From Podarcis cretensis (lineage: Eukaryota): a DNA stretch of 64,000 nucleotides. Position numbers and translations under genes: made by a program. Location of the stretch: positions 29,822,001-29,886,000 of the forward strand of contig OX638164.1 in the NCBI GenBank assembly GCA_951804945.1, in the 5' to 3' direction. A model generated the notes under the pieces. It was not told where the DNA came from and did no database searches. It worked only from the letters and a program-made list of their open reading frames with translations. Shown in pieces: positions 37,701 to 52,500 of the stretch. Every line of letters starts with the position of its first letter. Position 1 is the first letter of the stretch.

Positions 37701-38290
37701 CCCGGGAGCGAGCAGCGGACGGAGGAGGACCGGAGAGGAATGAGGAGGAGGAACAGCGGACAAGCAGGAGCCGCTCGAAAGAAGCCCCCTGAAGGTCACA
37801 GCCGGGCGGAGTGTAAGGACCCCGCCGCAGCTGCCCAAGCTGTGCCAGTCTCGCTCGCGCCGCCCACGCACTCAGGCCGGAGGAAGCCGCCGAGCTGCTG
37901 GGAGGGCGGACGTGCCTGCCGGCCTTTCTCAGTGGCTGCTGTCTTCGCTGCCTTACCCGCGATTTTTAAAATATTTTTTCCTCTTTTCTTTCCAGCAGGC
38001 GTTTATCGAAGACAACTGTCTATGGGGGTGGAGAGAATGCTTGTGCGCGTGCGCCCTTCGCAGGCGCTGACGGAAGGAGGGTGAACGAAGTCCGTGAAAA
38101 AAGGCAAGGAGCCGCTTCCAGCGAAGCGCACGCGCAGAAGCGGAACGCGGCCCCAGGCTGGCTTCCCCGGAGAGGTAGCAGCGGGCTTTTTCTTTTTGTC
38201 CGCAGCCTGGACAGGGAAAGCCGAAAAGAAAAAAAAAGAGCCCGTGGCAGGCAACGAGGGCACCCTTAGAAGGCAGCCGTCATAACACAC
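37290..38290. promoter_or_regulatory. CpG island / ATP5MG promoter with two NRF1 sites and an ERR-type half-site
   Basis: GCGCACGCGCA at 38044-38054 (minus) and 38126-38136 (plus); TGAAGGTCA at 37790-37798. Confidence 0.8.
37637..37700 (-). CDS. ATP5MG: ATP5MG exon 1 coding part
   Basis: [21 protein letters not shown]; donor GTCAGT; inside CpG island. Confidence 0.88.
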
Positions 38291-39717
38291 GTTCCTAATA
38301 CATAGATATTTGCGTGCAGGTTATGGGTTGGGGGCGTTACAGTTAAATAACAGCTGGTGCCCGTGAAAGAGTTTTTGAAACCATCATAGTTACTTGACTG
38401 TACAGATAAAGGCAGATCCAAGAGCACTTTTTGCATGCAGAAGGCCCCAAATTAAGTGCTTAACCTTTCCAGGCAAGTCTTAGATCCCTGCCTCAAACCA
38501 TGGAAAGTTGCCACCAATGTAGACAACTCTGAGCTAGGTGGACTTTATAAACCCGACATCATAATAAATCTGACTTTATTTAAGGCAGCTTCTGACATTC
38601 CTAAAGCTGAGCTTTCGCAGCAGAATACAGCCCCATCCATCACTGGCGGAACACTCCCTAAGCCAGGGTTTCCCAAACTTGGGTCTCTAGCTGTCTTTGG
38701 ACTACAATTTCCATCATTCCATTGTCCTGCCAGCTAGGGATGATGGGAGTTGTAGTCCAACAACAGTTAGAGACACAAATTTGGGAAACCGTATCCTAGA
38801 CAAACCACCCACAGTGCCCCACTTCAATGTAGTGGGAGTAGCAGCATGCTTTTTACCCCCCCCCCCCCCATTACCTGCTTCTTCAAATTCAGGTCTTCTT
38901 CCATGGGGAGTGGTTCAAAAAAACAGATTGTGTAGGGGGAGATACTGTGGGACACATTTAGACAGACCCTGTCATGGAGCCCTATCCAATTAATTAAATT
39001 TCTCCAAGCCAATGCACCCCTGAATACAGGCAAGTTGTGGAAGGAAGGGGAGGTGGTTATGGAAGCTATGGATAGGAGGAAGAAAGTGTCACAGGGTATA
39101 AAAAGACGGGCCTGTGACAAGCATGTTGCCTGCTTTGGGGGTATCTGGATATCACACACTGCGAAATGGGGTGAGAAGAAGCACTTTTGGTGCACCACTG
39201 ATATTGGGAAACCAGTCGTGCAACCCTAAAAAGAAAGAAAAGAAAAATTAGGAAGCCCAAGGACCTCAAGAAAGCAGTTTCATAATTGTTCTTTATCTCC
39301 TTACACAGGACCAGCTAGACAGCTCAAAGTGTAGGATCTCCACTGGGAAGATTTAAATGTGTTTAGGCCCTGAGGAAGGATTGTGGAATCTTCTATAGGG
39401 TTAGGGTTTTCTACACCAGGCTGGAGGGGAGGAAAGCCAACAAGAATATACGAAAAGCGTCTACTTCTGGAGAGCTGATCAAGTATATGCTCTACCTCAT
39501 TTAAATGGAGCAGGATAGAATATTTAAAACAAAAATACATAATTGTTTTGAAATGGAAATACTGAAGAGTTAAACAAAGAGCAGCCAAGGGGCATGTTTA
39601 GCACACCAACTCCAATAAGGTTGCAGCAGTGACCCTGGTAGAGAGGAAGTGGTTGAAGGTAGGTGGCTACAGGATCAACAGGCATACAACACCAAAGAAA
39701 CATGGACACCTGACACT

Positions 39718-39723
39718 TTTATT
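39718..39723 (-). terminator. Candidate UBE4A polyadenylation signal AATAAA
   Basis: tttatt on plus strand ~700 nt past the stop. Confidence 0.45.
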
Positions 39724-40426
39724 GGTCTAAAGTGAATGTCATACTATATACACACTGCATACATATTGACATGCAACAGGCACAGTATAAATGCAGGCAG
39801 GATTTATAGGGCACCTGCATGAACATGTACACAGTGCTTTGGGCGCAGGCCCACCAGCCCAGAAGACTTAAGTCATTGCCAGCAAAAGCAACAACGGGGG
39901 CTCATCACCACAGTATGATATGTCAAGCTCGGGGAGGGGGCAAATGCTACAGCAAACATTCACCCAGCCTCTTGGCATCAGCTTCCTCTAACCAAAGGCT
40001 GTTGGTGGATAATAGTCCCCCTGTGTGGACCAAAGTGAGTTGCAGATCTCCACCAATAGTGTCAGGATTGCATAAAGAAAGGTCTGTCCAATGGGGAGAG
40101 TGCAGCTTTTGCCTTCACATTAAAACAGAAAAAAAGTTTCTGGCACGAGAAATGCTGCTGCAACAGAAGGGAAACCTATCTGGGCAGGGATACGGGGAAG
40201 GACAGTTGCTGTGGAAACCAGACAGCAGGTGAACCAAAAAGGCAGGGAGCAGCTAAAGATTCCTGACAAAAGTCCTAACGGCAAAAAACCCAAAACCAAA
40301 AACAGGCCCATAGAACCCCCACACTTCTCCCCTCACAACTCTGCAGTGGTAGCGCAAAAGAGGGAAGGAGCAGGCAGCTTAAAGGTCCTGGGGGTTGCGG
40401 AAGCCCAGCCAGGGCCACAATCCAGG

Positions 40427-40562
40427 TCACAGAGTCCCTTCCAACTGCTCCTTTTCTTTCTTCCGCTCTGCGAGCCACTGCTGGATCCGCTCCTTGAGTT
40501 CAGTATTTGGTCTGATCTGGTCCATGGTGAGGGGGCTCCGGTTGAAAGGATCAGTCTGGTCA
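40427..40562 (-). CDS. UBE4A: UBE4A last coding exon (U-box end, stop)
   Basis: [44 protein letters not shown]. Confidence 0.96.
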
Positions 40563-43500
40563 CTACAAGGGGAAAAAACACCAGGAAGCAGGTAAAGGAG
40601 AGTCTAGCTAGTAGCACAGATATGTGGGCAGGAGGCAGTGCCACCAACCTTTGGAGATGGACACACAGGCCCACCGCCACCCCACCAGATGGATATCAAA
40701 TCAAGGAGGAAGTCATCTGGCAGACCAAGACTGCCTTTGATTTGGCCACAGTTGTGGAAGCCCAATATGGTGCTCTGACAGACCCCCAATGTGCAACCAT
40801 TGCTGTGAGGCAGCCTTTTGTAGTGAAAGGAATTTGCTTATTTTAGAAAATTGGGTATGCCTGGAACAGTAGAGCTAAGTGAGGCAGACTCAGGGATAAA
40901 TTGGGCTACCTTAACATCAAATGACTTTGGGCAAGGGGAGGTGCTTGGAGCTAAAGCCACCTAATATTTTCCTAGAAGAGATAAGCAATCAGTTGTTCAG
41001 CCTTGACCCTGATCCCTTCCCAGCCTTGTGAATACCTTAGGAGGTGCCTTGCAATTGTCGATCTATCCACAGTGACCCGAGAGGAAGGCAGCAGCACCGG
41101 GTCCATCATTAAAGTACTCATGATAGGGTCCAGAAACTCATCACAGGCATCCGCATAGGTCTCCTCTTCCTGCAGTTGGCGGTCTGCAAGGGACTAGAAG
41201 AAAGCCCAACAATTGTTAGAGAGGTCCCTGCCTGCTCAGGTCAATGGTGGGATGGATGACAGAAGGAAACTTCTCCCCAACACACCCAAGAAGCTCAGCA
41301 GACGACTAGTTGCCACCGAGCCTTTGTTTAAGGGCAACAAATGAGAGCAAAGTTGTATTCTTGGGCCTGGCTTAGCTCCAGGAAGCAGCAAGGAATGTAA
41401 TTCTGGCTTATGGAAGGGGCTAATGCTCCCACTACACTCAGTTTTGTTTCCTTCCCTTTCCTTTCATGGAGGGACTTAGTGAAAGCCTATAGCTCAGAGG
41501 GTCTGCTCCTTGCACATGCTACTAGGTAGAGAAAGCCTCCTTCTTGCAAGAGCATACACAAGCTGCCCAGCTCAAAATGCCAACAGCAGAGGATGAGGCA
41601 CCAACATGCAGCTCTCCAAAAAGGAGGGTTCCTTTGTGGAAAGCAGGGAGGAAGCTAGCGCCAGCTCCCCTCCACCACCCCTCACCTTGATCCTCTCTGC
41701 CAGGTTGCTAAATGCCACAATCATGTTGCCAGGCTTGTTAATCTTCTTCAGGACTCTGACTGTCTGAGCAAAAAGAGTTGGGGAATACGATCGCCCGTCC
41801 TTGGGCACTGTGGCACAAAAGTTCTCCTCGTCCCTGAAAGAGAAGAGGGATAAGACAACACTGGGAGCGGCAAGGCCCTTCTGCACATTCAAGCAAGGAA
41901 GGGAGCTTCTCTGCTCTCTTCCCTAGGCAAGCCCAGTCAGTCTGCCTTACAGCCTTCCACCTTTGGCATTCTCTTGCTCTCTCACACTTCCACAAGCATA
42001 CCAATGCCCTTGGCTTGGACAGACCAAAGGCTCAGCTGGCCCTGCCCTCTTTTTGCAACCGTGGTCAACGGAATGCTCCAGAAAAGGGAATGATGAGGGA
42101 AAGCATTCACTGATTTCCCCTGATACTCAGAAGGCTGCTGTCACCACCACCAAGTTGCCCTCTCCTTCCCAATACACATACCCCAGATTTAAGTAGATGG
42201 TGCAGATGTCAGAAACCAGCTGTTGGGGTTTGAAGTCAAACTCGCTGAAGTCTTTGACCTTTAAAGCCCCCATTTTGGGGCCCACCAAGTGCTGCAGGAA
42301 GTAGTTGAGCATGGAGATAATGCGCTCAGCCAGAAAGGGGTGCACAAAGAGGGACTTGATCTCTGCAATGTAAACCAGGTCTCTGTGAGGTCCCCTGAAC
42401 AGCCCAGCTCCCCTCCTCACTCCTAGCTGGAGAGTTCTGTCTTTACCTGAAGTCAGGAAGGCCAGGGTCCCAATGGTCTCATTGGACATGATGTTGTGGA
42501 AGCGAGCCAGCTGCCCAAACATCTGCAGGCTGGCTTCCTTCTCACGCCGCAGCTCTGTAGACAGGGCATCCCACTCACCCCGGTCCTTCTCAATCTGCTG
42601 GATCTTGATCTTACTCAGGTACTGCAGAGCAATTTGAGGTGGGGGAGAAAGGGAGAGAAGGAAGAAGGTGTATGAAGCACACGTAACCATAGCTCAGTAG
42701 TCCTCTGGCCCATTTTCCACAATCTTCTATTAAGGAGGTGGACAGCAGCTGAGAGGGGCAACAGCAACAGATCAGCCAGACTGAATTTCCGGAATGGGCC
42801 TCTTTCCTCAACACAGGCCAGATGCAGTTCTTCCAGACAGGCATGGCAGAATAGAGTTCTCCAGCTCACACCAGCAGAGGAAAGGATGAGAAAGAGCAGT
42901 AGAGCAAGTGAAGAACACACAACAGTATTCAGTAGGGGCAGGGGGAATGAATCTTACAAGCATGGGTAATGCAAATGAAGTTGGTCTAAAGCAGTGTTTC
43001 GCAAAGTGGGTGGTACCACCCCCAGGGATGAGGGTGGGATTACCTAGGGGGCTGCTAAGAGGCAAGGGGCATTGGTGGGGGGGGCACTGAAGGTGTAAAT
43101 TACTATCAAACTTTGAAAAGTTGGCATCACTGGATCTTGCTCATCAATTTTGTTGCATTAATTAAACTAAACAGTTTTAATTGGGCTCTGAACAAATATG
43201 CAATTAATTGCTCCTGCTCTGAATTTCGTTGTGTTGTAATTTTCCTTAGTGGACCACTATTTCGAATAATGCTTTTTAAAGGGGGGGGGTTGGCACTGGA
43301 GATGAGTCCATGGAACTGAAGGGGTGGTGACCCAAAAAAGTTAGGGAACCACTGGTTTAAAGTGTCTCCACGCACACAAACCCTTCGGGGGAACTGGCCT
43401 TAGTGCCACAGAGGCTGTCAGAGAAACTTCCTTTCACTCCCTCTCCTGAGCTAGTTTACAACGATCAGTTCAGAGACAGATAATCTTCCTAGAACTTTCA

Positions 43501-46500
43501 AGAACTCTCCTCCCACCCCCTCTCTCACACACAAACAAACAACCTTCCTGGTACAATCAGGGTAACTGCAGGTGGCAATTCCATTCATGGCTATGAGAAA
43601 TTCTTGTTTCATAGATCTTGGGACCATTTTATTTTCCTCTTTGGTGCTCCCTCCCATCATCAAAAAATAAATAAAAATGCTTTACCTGAATGGCTTCATC
43701 CAACAGGAAGATGGCATCATTCATGAGTAAGTTTAGGAAGCGCAAAAAGAGAGGGGGATTCATTGCTTCTAGGTTCTTTGAGGCATAGTCGGCAAGTGCC
43801 TGCAAGAAGAGGGAGGGAGAGAAAGAGATGTTTCCCACCCAGAGATGATTGCTGTCCTGGCTGAAGCAACTCGTGTACCTCCCAAGCCTTACCTTGATGC
43901 TTTCCCGGTAGGAATCAATGCCCCACATATACCTGAGGATGGGGTACATAGGCCTGCGATAGTTGAACTTCTGCTCGAACTGATGGGGATCCCCTAGGCA
44001 GGAGGAAAAGAACAGGCCAAGCCAAAATGAATGCCAGGATCTGGCAGCACCACAAGACCAAGGAAGGGATGTTTTGCTCACAATATGGCAGGTCCTCATG
44101 CTTCAAAGCTGCATCTTGGCATGGCAGTGTGCTACTGAATGTCCAGAGAGAACAGCAAAGGGCTGGCTCTTTCCACCCTCCACTTTCATGGTTTACACTC
44201 AAGAAAAAGCATGGACAGCTCAAAAATGTGCCCTGAGCCATGAATGGTACAGGGAGAGACGTCACCCATGTCTGGTGCATCACAAGGTGCTCAGAGGACT
44301 TGGGAGAAAAGGAAAGCCCCCTCGCCCCTGAGCGCTGCTATCACAGATGCAAAGCATGCGACTGGGAGGATGGCTCTGTTCAGCAGGAATGGAAATGGCA
44401 GCAGCTCAAGGAGGAGGAAGATGATGAAAGTGGCACCACTAGAGCAAGGTCCCTCTCTCCCACTGCCCCCTTACCAGTGAACTCAATGTCCACAAAGACC
44501 TTGATGAGTGCCTCGGCAAGGTAGGCAGCATGCCGGTAGGAGCAGAAGACCCTCTTGCGATGGAAGACACTGGAGACAAGGGGATTCTGCACCTGGTCCA
44601 TGTGAGGCATTACAGCCTCTAACACTTCAGCCAGCTTGGCTCGCAGGTGTGGGTTCTTCATCCTGCAGGAGGGCAAATTAGGATCAACCACCTGGGAGGA
44701 CATTCAAGGATGACTGTTAGCCCTGCCAACATATCCTGGAAGCTTTGCTTCTTAGTGGCTTCCTCTTTGTCTGCTGTTGACCGCAATTCAGAGACACCAA
44801 CTGGGGCAGAACTTGGAAGATGCCAGAACCATGAGGCAAGTGCCCCAACTTCTGCAAGTGTTACCTGATTTCTTCCTGGCTCAAGTGGAAATGTGGAATT
44901 TGATCTCATAAAACCCCAAAAGCTTGGACACTGAGGACCTTAGAGGATAACCTTATAATCAGCAGGGAAAGCCCTGCTGGTGGTGCCATTGCTGGCGGTG
45001 ACCCAAAACAAGACCTTCTTAGTGGCAGTTACCCTTTAGTGGAATACCCTCCCTTGTGAGGTTCATTTGTCTTCCTTACGATTAACTTTTATGAAAAAAA
45101 TTAAAACCTTCCTGTTTGCCCTGGCATTTCATGGCTGAAAGTTTTGTCCCCAGTAACCTTGAAATTATTAGTCTGAGTATAGGTAATTAATTTTAGGCAT
45201 TTTTAACTGTTCTTAGAAGTTTCAGTTGCGCTGTTTGACTACGGACATGCTTGCCACCCTGGGCTCCTTTGGAGGAAGGTGCATGATATAAATGGAATAA
45301 ACAAATAAACAAAAATAAATAGCTATCTCACAATGCAACAGTCAATATAGTTGTTAGAGCGAGGGTGGGGAAGCTCCAACCTACTGACCAAACATGGATC
45401 TGTAGGTATCTTTAGACCTGCCACGCCATTTTCAGAAAGCCACACCTGACAGGTAAGGATAGGACTTCAAAGACCCTTTGTTCAAGAATACAGAGGGAGG
45501 CAGAACAGGAAAGCATTACCAGCTGCCTGAATGGCTTAAGCTTTCTGCACCGCCATGCTAAGGTGCAGGAGCTGTAGCATCACTGCTTGGCTCAAAGGGG
45601 ATTGATTTGATCTGGCCATAACCTCTCTCCCTGCCTTTGTACTCCCAAATATTTACTGGTGACCACCCTTGAAGCCTGGATGAAGGACAATGAGGTGGAT
45701 AAGTGGCTGGAGAGGCCATTACCTGTCCACATCCCCAGTGAAGATAGTCACAAAATGAAGGATGTGCTCCAGGGAGTCAGCTGACGTTTCCAGAAGATCA
45801 TCAGCAAAGCGGCGCAAGAATATAAAGAAGTCACCCAAGTTGTCAGCAAAAAATTCTGCAAATACAAAGCTCCAAATGAGGTGCTTGCTGGGAAAATGTT
45901 CATACCCAGCCCTTGACCAGGAATAAAGAACTTACTTAATAGTACAAAGACTCCTCTAGAGCAGGACAGCATTTTAGCTTCTCCAGGGTCAAACTAAGCA
46001 TACTCCAATACACTACAACCTGGCCTTGCCTAAAGGTCACAGGAAGAGAAACCTATTTGTCAACATGGAAGGTGTTGGAAATGGATGCACACTTGCAGCT
46101 ATTTCACATCTAAGGATAGAGACAGATGTGTTTGTGTGTCCCCATCCACTTCACTGTCTCTCTAAGTTTAGCTTTTTAGGTAGCATACACCATCACTGCC
46201 AGCAAAACAGACTCCTCTTCTGGAATTGTACATCTTTCTGGCACCAAGGGAGAAGGTCCCTAAGATGTAGCAGGGGAATCTTTTAGAGCAATGTGGAATC
46301 TGTACAGCAAGTGATGTCCAATTCAGGTATTTTGTGTGGTGTCCTGGGAAGCACAGCTGGTTTGTATTTTTGGAAAAAGATACATTTGTCCTTAATTGCA
46401 AAGTCAAGCCTAAAACCACCTGGGCCTTCAGTGCCTGCTCGTGTGGGCTTCCATGTCTGGTGTTTCTCCTGCCAGCATAATTCTCAGACCCTCTTATACA

Positions 46501-49500
46501 TCAGCATCTCTTCCCTTCACAACTCCAGAAGCCTCAACCTTCCATCTCTAGACTGGAACTATAGACTGCACACAAGCACAGCCAATGCAATGTTTTGCCC
46601 CGATTAATTCAGCGATGGTGCATGGATGTTTTTTGGGTTGCCGGACTTAAGAATCCTAGACCATGGTCACCACTGCCACCTACCTACCTACCCAGGGATG
46701 CTGCAATAAACCAGCTAGGCCTGCTCCAGAGAGAGCAGAACTATAGGCCCCTGCTTGTAAACTATTTTGCTCCATCCCAGAACTTTTCTAGGTCAACTAA
46801 ACCCCGATGAGAACTACACAAGGGTATATTTTATAATTCTCTAGATGCCCATCATCAGACTAGAACAGCAAGGGTGCTCTTAACTTTCAGGAAACTGCTG
46901 GAGGAAAAGAGGTGTTCAAAATCTTTTGATGCCAATATAGGCCAAAGAGATAAGCCCAACATTTCTGAAGGGGAAACCCCTTGCTGGTCACCTGGGACAT
47001 AGGCCAGAGCATTCTTCTCCACCTCAGACAGAGGGAATGTCAGGTCTACCAGCTCGGTCCCTTGGTTTCCAATGGCCAGCTGGACCAGGAGAACAGCCAT
47101 GGAGACCTGCAGGTGAAGACAGTTCTGCAACATCTGCGGCTCTGTCATAGCTGTTTTGGTGGAGAGATAGATGGTCATGAGACGCTCAAACTGCTCCCGA
47201 AGGTTGTCTGCTGAAGGGCTGGAGCTCTGCTGAGCCTCTCGCCAGGCCACCTGCAGCCGGTGAAGGCTTTGGTTTAGTTTGATCATCTGGTCATGCAACC
47301 TGTACAAGCAACAGAAATACATACATTAACCAGAAGGACAGAAGCAAAGTGGGGTGTACAAGATAGCCTCTGTGAGTATCGGGGGGAGATGTCCAAGGCT
47401 CCCCCATTGAACTAGAGATGCAACAAACTCAGGTTCCCCAGGAACAGAACCAATTCTCTCTTCTGGATCACACAAGCAGCAAACTGGAACAAACTACTGC
47501 ATCCAGAGGCTTTTTGCAATCATTTATTTGATAGCTGCTTTGATTTGAGGGGGTTTCCACATCAAGGAGGGGGGCTTCAAGGGGACAGCTGGAAATCACG
47601 TGCATTGGCTTTACTGGTTTAGCTTCTTCATTATACCAGTAAAATCCCCTTTCCCCAAATCAATATCTGCTTAAACAAATTTGATTGGGGTGCTCTCATA
47701 TCACTGTTCTCGTTACAGGCTTTGCCTGTCAGTAGGATATCTCAGGTCACCTCAGCTTGCAAAGGCTGCCAACCAGGCTTTTACAGCCCAATCCTGCTGT
47801 AGGCAAATTTTCAGTGTCTAAGGAAGAGGCACCTGCAAGGCCTTGCCATTCCCACACACCCATATACCCTCTGGAGGCAGTACCTGTGAAATCCTAAATG
47901 GAGGGTATACTGGGTCAACACCAAGTTCTCCGTCACGAGGTTGTAGCTGGGGGCAAACTCTGGCTCCTGCTCAGTTGTGGCTGGGATCAAGCAGGTTTCT
48001 TTCTCCAAACCTTGAAGGAAGTTAACAGGAATTGCTTCCCCACCAAGCAACACCTACCAGGAGGATGCCAGAGCCAATGGGAGCACTCTGGTTTCCTCCA
48101 GCTCTTCCTCTGCCCTTGGCCAGCAGCCTCCTCCCTTACAGGCTGCCTTGCCAAGAGTATGAGGACAAGATTTGGGCACCTGCAAAGTCGTGGCTCACCT
48201 TTCATATGCACATTCTTGCTCCGCTGCTCTTCCTCATTCAGCTCTTTCAGCGCACAGTAGGTAGGGTCAAATGTGAGGAGCCGGGGCGATCTGGGCTTAC
48301 AAAAGGGCTGGCATAGCCTGAGGAGGGCGGCTCCCAAGTTCAGGAAGAAGGCATCCGAGGCATACATCTGGAAGAAAATCTCTGGCATCTGGTTGGCCCA
48401 TATCTTCGTGCGGCCTGCATTAGCATGGAGACAGTTTCCCAGCCAGGACAGGATTCGGTGCTTTGTTTGTGGTGATAGCTGCAGCAGGTTCTTGAGCATC
48501 TGGTAGATCTTCTCATGGAACTGAGCCATGAACTGTTACCAAAACATCAGAAGTCTTAAGATGTGTACAACACACACACTTGCTCAGTCAACTTAAACTG
48601 GGATCTTCCACATGCAGTATCTGTGCTCTACCCACTGAGCTATGCCTCCTCTCTCCTAAATGCCTTAACTTTCAGCAGTTAATGGGTCTTGGTCTTCTCA
48701 AATACCCCAAGCATCATGAATTTCCTGCAGAGGTTTTCACTATACTTTGATGTTGACAATCTGTGACTTAAGGAACAACCAAGAACCCACCAAATCACAC
48801 TAGAGAGATAAATTTAAGAGACAGAAGCTGTCATTTTCCGCCGCTGTCCCCTCTACTCTGCCTGGTTAAGCTACACTGGTATGAAATGTGCACCTCCACA
48901 CACCTGATGGATGTTGGATTCCTGCACCTTGATCTCCTGAGGGCTGGACCGAGAGGGATTCAAGAAGTAATCATGGTTCTCTACCACACCTGGGGTCTTC
49001 AACAAGCATGAGATGCTCAAGATAGCTCCCAGCAAAGTCTTCTGGTAGAGCTGCCCATTGGCTGGGTCCTTTGGCTGGATGTACTCTACAAAAACCTGAA
49101 CAAACAGAAATAGAAGGTACTGCTGGTCAGCCAGTACAGGTAAAGCCCCGATGTAAGTAGTGGAATGAAGGACACCCTTTTATGGAATGATGGCTCTGCC
49201 ATATTGGCCAGCCTATCATTGATGCATGTTGCAACCGCAGCACAGAATCAGGAAGACCATGCTTCCTTCACAGTGAAGAGAACAAGCAACTACCCCTCTG
49301 CCCAGGAGGGAAGCTGAAAATGGCCATGGCTAATTGCTTTGCTGCTCCCTGGCACCCTGAAGAGGCTAGCCAAATGCTCACTTTTGCTATATCTTTCTGC
49401 CTAGTGAAGTACAGGAGCATGTCCAGGTAGGAGTAGAGCAGGATCTGGCAAAGGTGCAGCTCTCGGATCCGTCCCAAGAGGATATCAAAGACAGGCACCA

Positions 49501-52500
49501 TTACTTCCTCAAAGGTCTTCACTTCCTCATCCATAGTGAGGCCTTCTATGACTTCCTCCAGGAACTCAGTTACATCTTCAAAGCCTACAGTAAGAGAGTA
49601 GGAGAGAAGTGAACACCAATCCTTTATGCATTCTCATAGAAAGATACAGGCACCCCAACACATTTACAACTATAATAAAAAGGTGGGGTATCTTTGAGGG
49701 ACCTCCTGCAGTTGTAGCCCATTATCTTCTTCTAGGGTGCCCAGCTCTGCCTCTGTAACTTACGGGCTCCTCTAAGGGACTCCAGCATCAAGTCCACTAG
49801 CTGCTCGTAGACATTTTGGTTGATATAGATCTCCGGGGTGAGGAGGACCGTGCGAGTGTTGGACACAGAAAGGTTTCGGCAGCGCATGGCAAAGGGCAAC
49901 AGGTTCTCTGGCACTTTGGTAATCTAGGAGAACAGAGGAGAGCACTTTGTCTCTGGTCTGCTGGGCTGCTCTGCTTAGGCAGTCAGACTTGCTGACAGGG
50001 ATGTGGGGCATTGACCCACCTCCTCCTTTGCCCTCTGGAAGCTGGCAAAGAGGTAGCGAAATATGTGCTTCTCCCCTGCATCTCTTTCAGCTGATAGATT
50101 CTGTATGCCAGCCGAGGTCATGTGAATCAGGTGATTCCCTGGTTCAGGGAGGAGTAGCCGGGTAAAGAGAGCCTGGAGAGACATGCCAAGCCAGACATAA
50201 ATGGTCAGTACACAACCCTGCCCACCCACCAGCCACAGAGGGCAAGTGTCCAACTATGTATCAAAAACAAACAGTAAGACCAGAAGGTCATCCAAGACAA
50301 CTTCTGTGGCTAAGGCCAGATCCTTCACCCACTTTATCATGAGTTGTAAGCAAATGGGTGATAGGATTCAGGCACCCAGGTCAGACAAGTCTGCTTGATT
50401 AAACAAAAAGTCCAAAATGCAACGTTGGTGGCTCTAGAACAGGGGTGGCTAACTTGTGCCCCTCCAGATGCTGTTGGACTATAACTCCCATCAGCCCCAA
50501 ACCAGTATGGCTAGTGGTTGAGGATTATTCAAGCTAAAGTCTAACAACATTTGCAGGTCCATAGGTTAGTCAGCCTTGCTCTATAAAGTGAGCACTACAA
50601 AAGGAGAGAAGGCAAATGTCTTCCATTCACAAGACTGATCCAGCTGAAGGGTCCTTCAAGAACATCAGCACAGAGAAGAGTGTGTCCTGAAGGGCAAAGC
50701 TTGCATCCTTCACCAAGGCTCACGGACGCTCTGCCAAGCCCTCAGTCAGGCAGAAAAATCAACTGCATTTGCATATGCACAGATACCTGCTCCACATTCT
50801 CCATGTCAAGCCAATCCTGATCCTCCAAGTCTGTTGCCATTTCCTCCAAGTACACACAGCGTGCAGGAATCCCATTGCCACTTTTGAGATTGGGGTCACC
50901 TGCAGGTTGGGAATCATCAAACCAGCAACATCAGTAACACCACAAGCATGAATCTGTGTCCCTACAAGCCCAAGCCCCCAACCCAGACATCATCCTCCCG
51001 CCCCATCTTTCTATTTATTTATTTATTTATTGAATTTATATACCGCCCTGTACCCAGAAGTCTCAGGGTGGTTTATAGAACAAAATCAACATATAAAACC
51101 ATAAAATATATAATCAAAATAAAAACAACAACCCAATAACCCCCCTCCCTAGTTTGGAAGACGTTAACTTCATTTTTCCTAAAGGCAGAATTTATTTTTA
51201 TCAGTTCACTGGCGAAGAGGAAGGGAGAGATTTAAGCTTTCTTTTATTGAGTGCCAGTGGCACAGCACATGCCTGAAGGGACACAGCCATTCCAGCATTT
51301 TGGAACAGTTTGAGAGACTTTTAAGGCAACTGATGCACATAGGAATCCAAGCTTGAGGGGTTTTCTTGCCTCACACAAATCATTGTGCAGCAGAATAGAG
51401 CAGCACTATTACAGGAAACACTACTCCCTGCCACCAAACTTAATGTGCCAGGAAAGTGACAAGCATAGTGTAAGAGAAACCGCACAGAGCCAAGTTCTTC
51501 TTTAGGAGATTCTGCAGCACATAGTACAGCAAAAGGAACTACAAGTGGAAGATTATCTGTGTTGAGTCTACAGCCACCATAGAACACTGCAGCCCTACTC
51601 TCAGGAAGCTGCAAAAATCCTAGTATAACTGAGAGTTCCTCCTAGTCTGGATCCCAGGAACTAACTCCCCATACTCACTGTTGTCAAGTGTGATCAGGAA
51701 GATTCTCTGGATCATGTGGTTGATGTTGAGCTGCTCACAGAGCTCCTGCTGGGAACGGAATGAGCGGCTGATCTCAGCCACGGAGTAGTCACAATCATCC
51801 AGGCTTTCAGACACGCTGTTGTCAGAATCATCTTGGCTGGCCGAGGTTTCCTCCACTGGAGAAGTAGAACTAGTTAAGAAGCAGCCTAACTTGGCCCCAC
51901 CAGGCACCAGCCATGCACCCTGGCCTTTTGCCCTGGAGGGCTCAGTGTCAAGAAGAAGGAGGGACCAGCATGGCCTTTGCCTCAGATTTGGCTTCTTGAT
52001 AACATGTCAGGCATCAGGCAAATATAGCTACCAGCCACAAAGTCAGCTTACCACAAATCACAAACATGTTGTTGTCGCCTCTAGAAAATGCGTGGAGACT
52101 GGTTGCCAGCCCCACATGGGTACCACTTGAACCTTATCACCCAAACACAATTTGTTTGCCTATCTGGGCCAACCAAGACACAGAAAGGCTGCCTCAGTGA
52201 CTATCGCGTCACAACGAACTCTCTCTGCTCTTCCAAAGATTTGCACAACCTGAAGCAGAGGAAAAACCCTTCCATTTGGAAGCCTGCAGTTAAGCCAGTG
52301 AAAAACTGAGGATTTCAGCACCTACTAGTTTTTATCCATTTTAATCCAATTCTTCTTTGCACCAATTCCTTAAAATCTGGATTAGTTCTTGCAAGCTATG
52401 GTTACTGACGCCCAACGTGTTTTTTTTTTGGGGGGGGGTGTAAAATGGTCTGTCTTTTAAAATAAGGACAGGGAGGGATGGGGGGTACAGACAAGATCAG

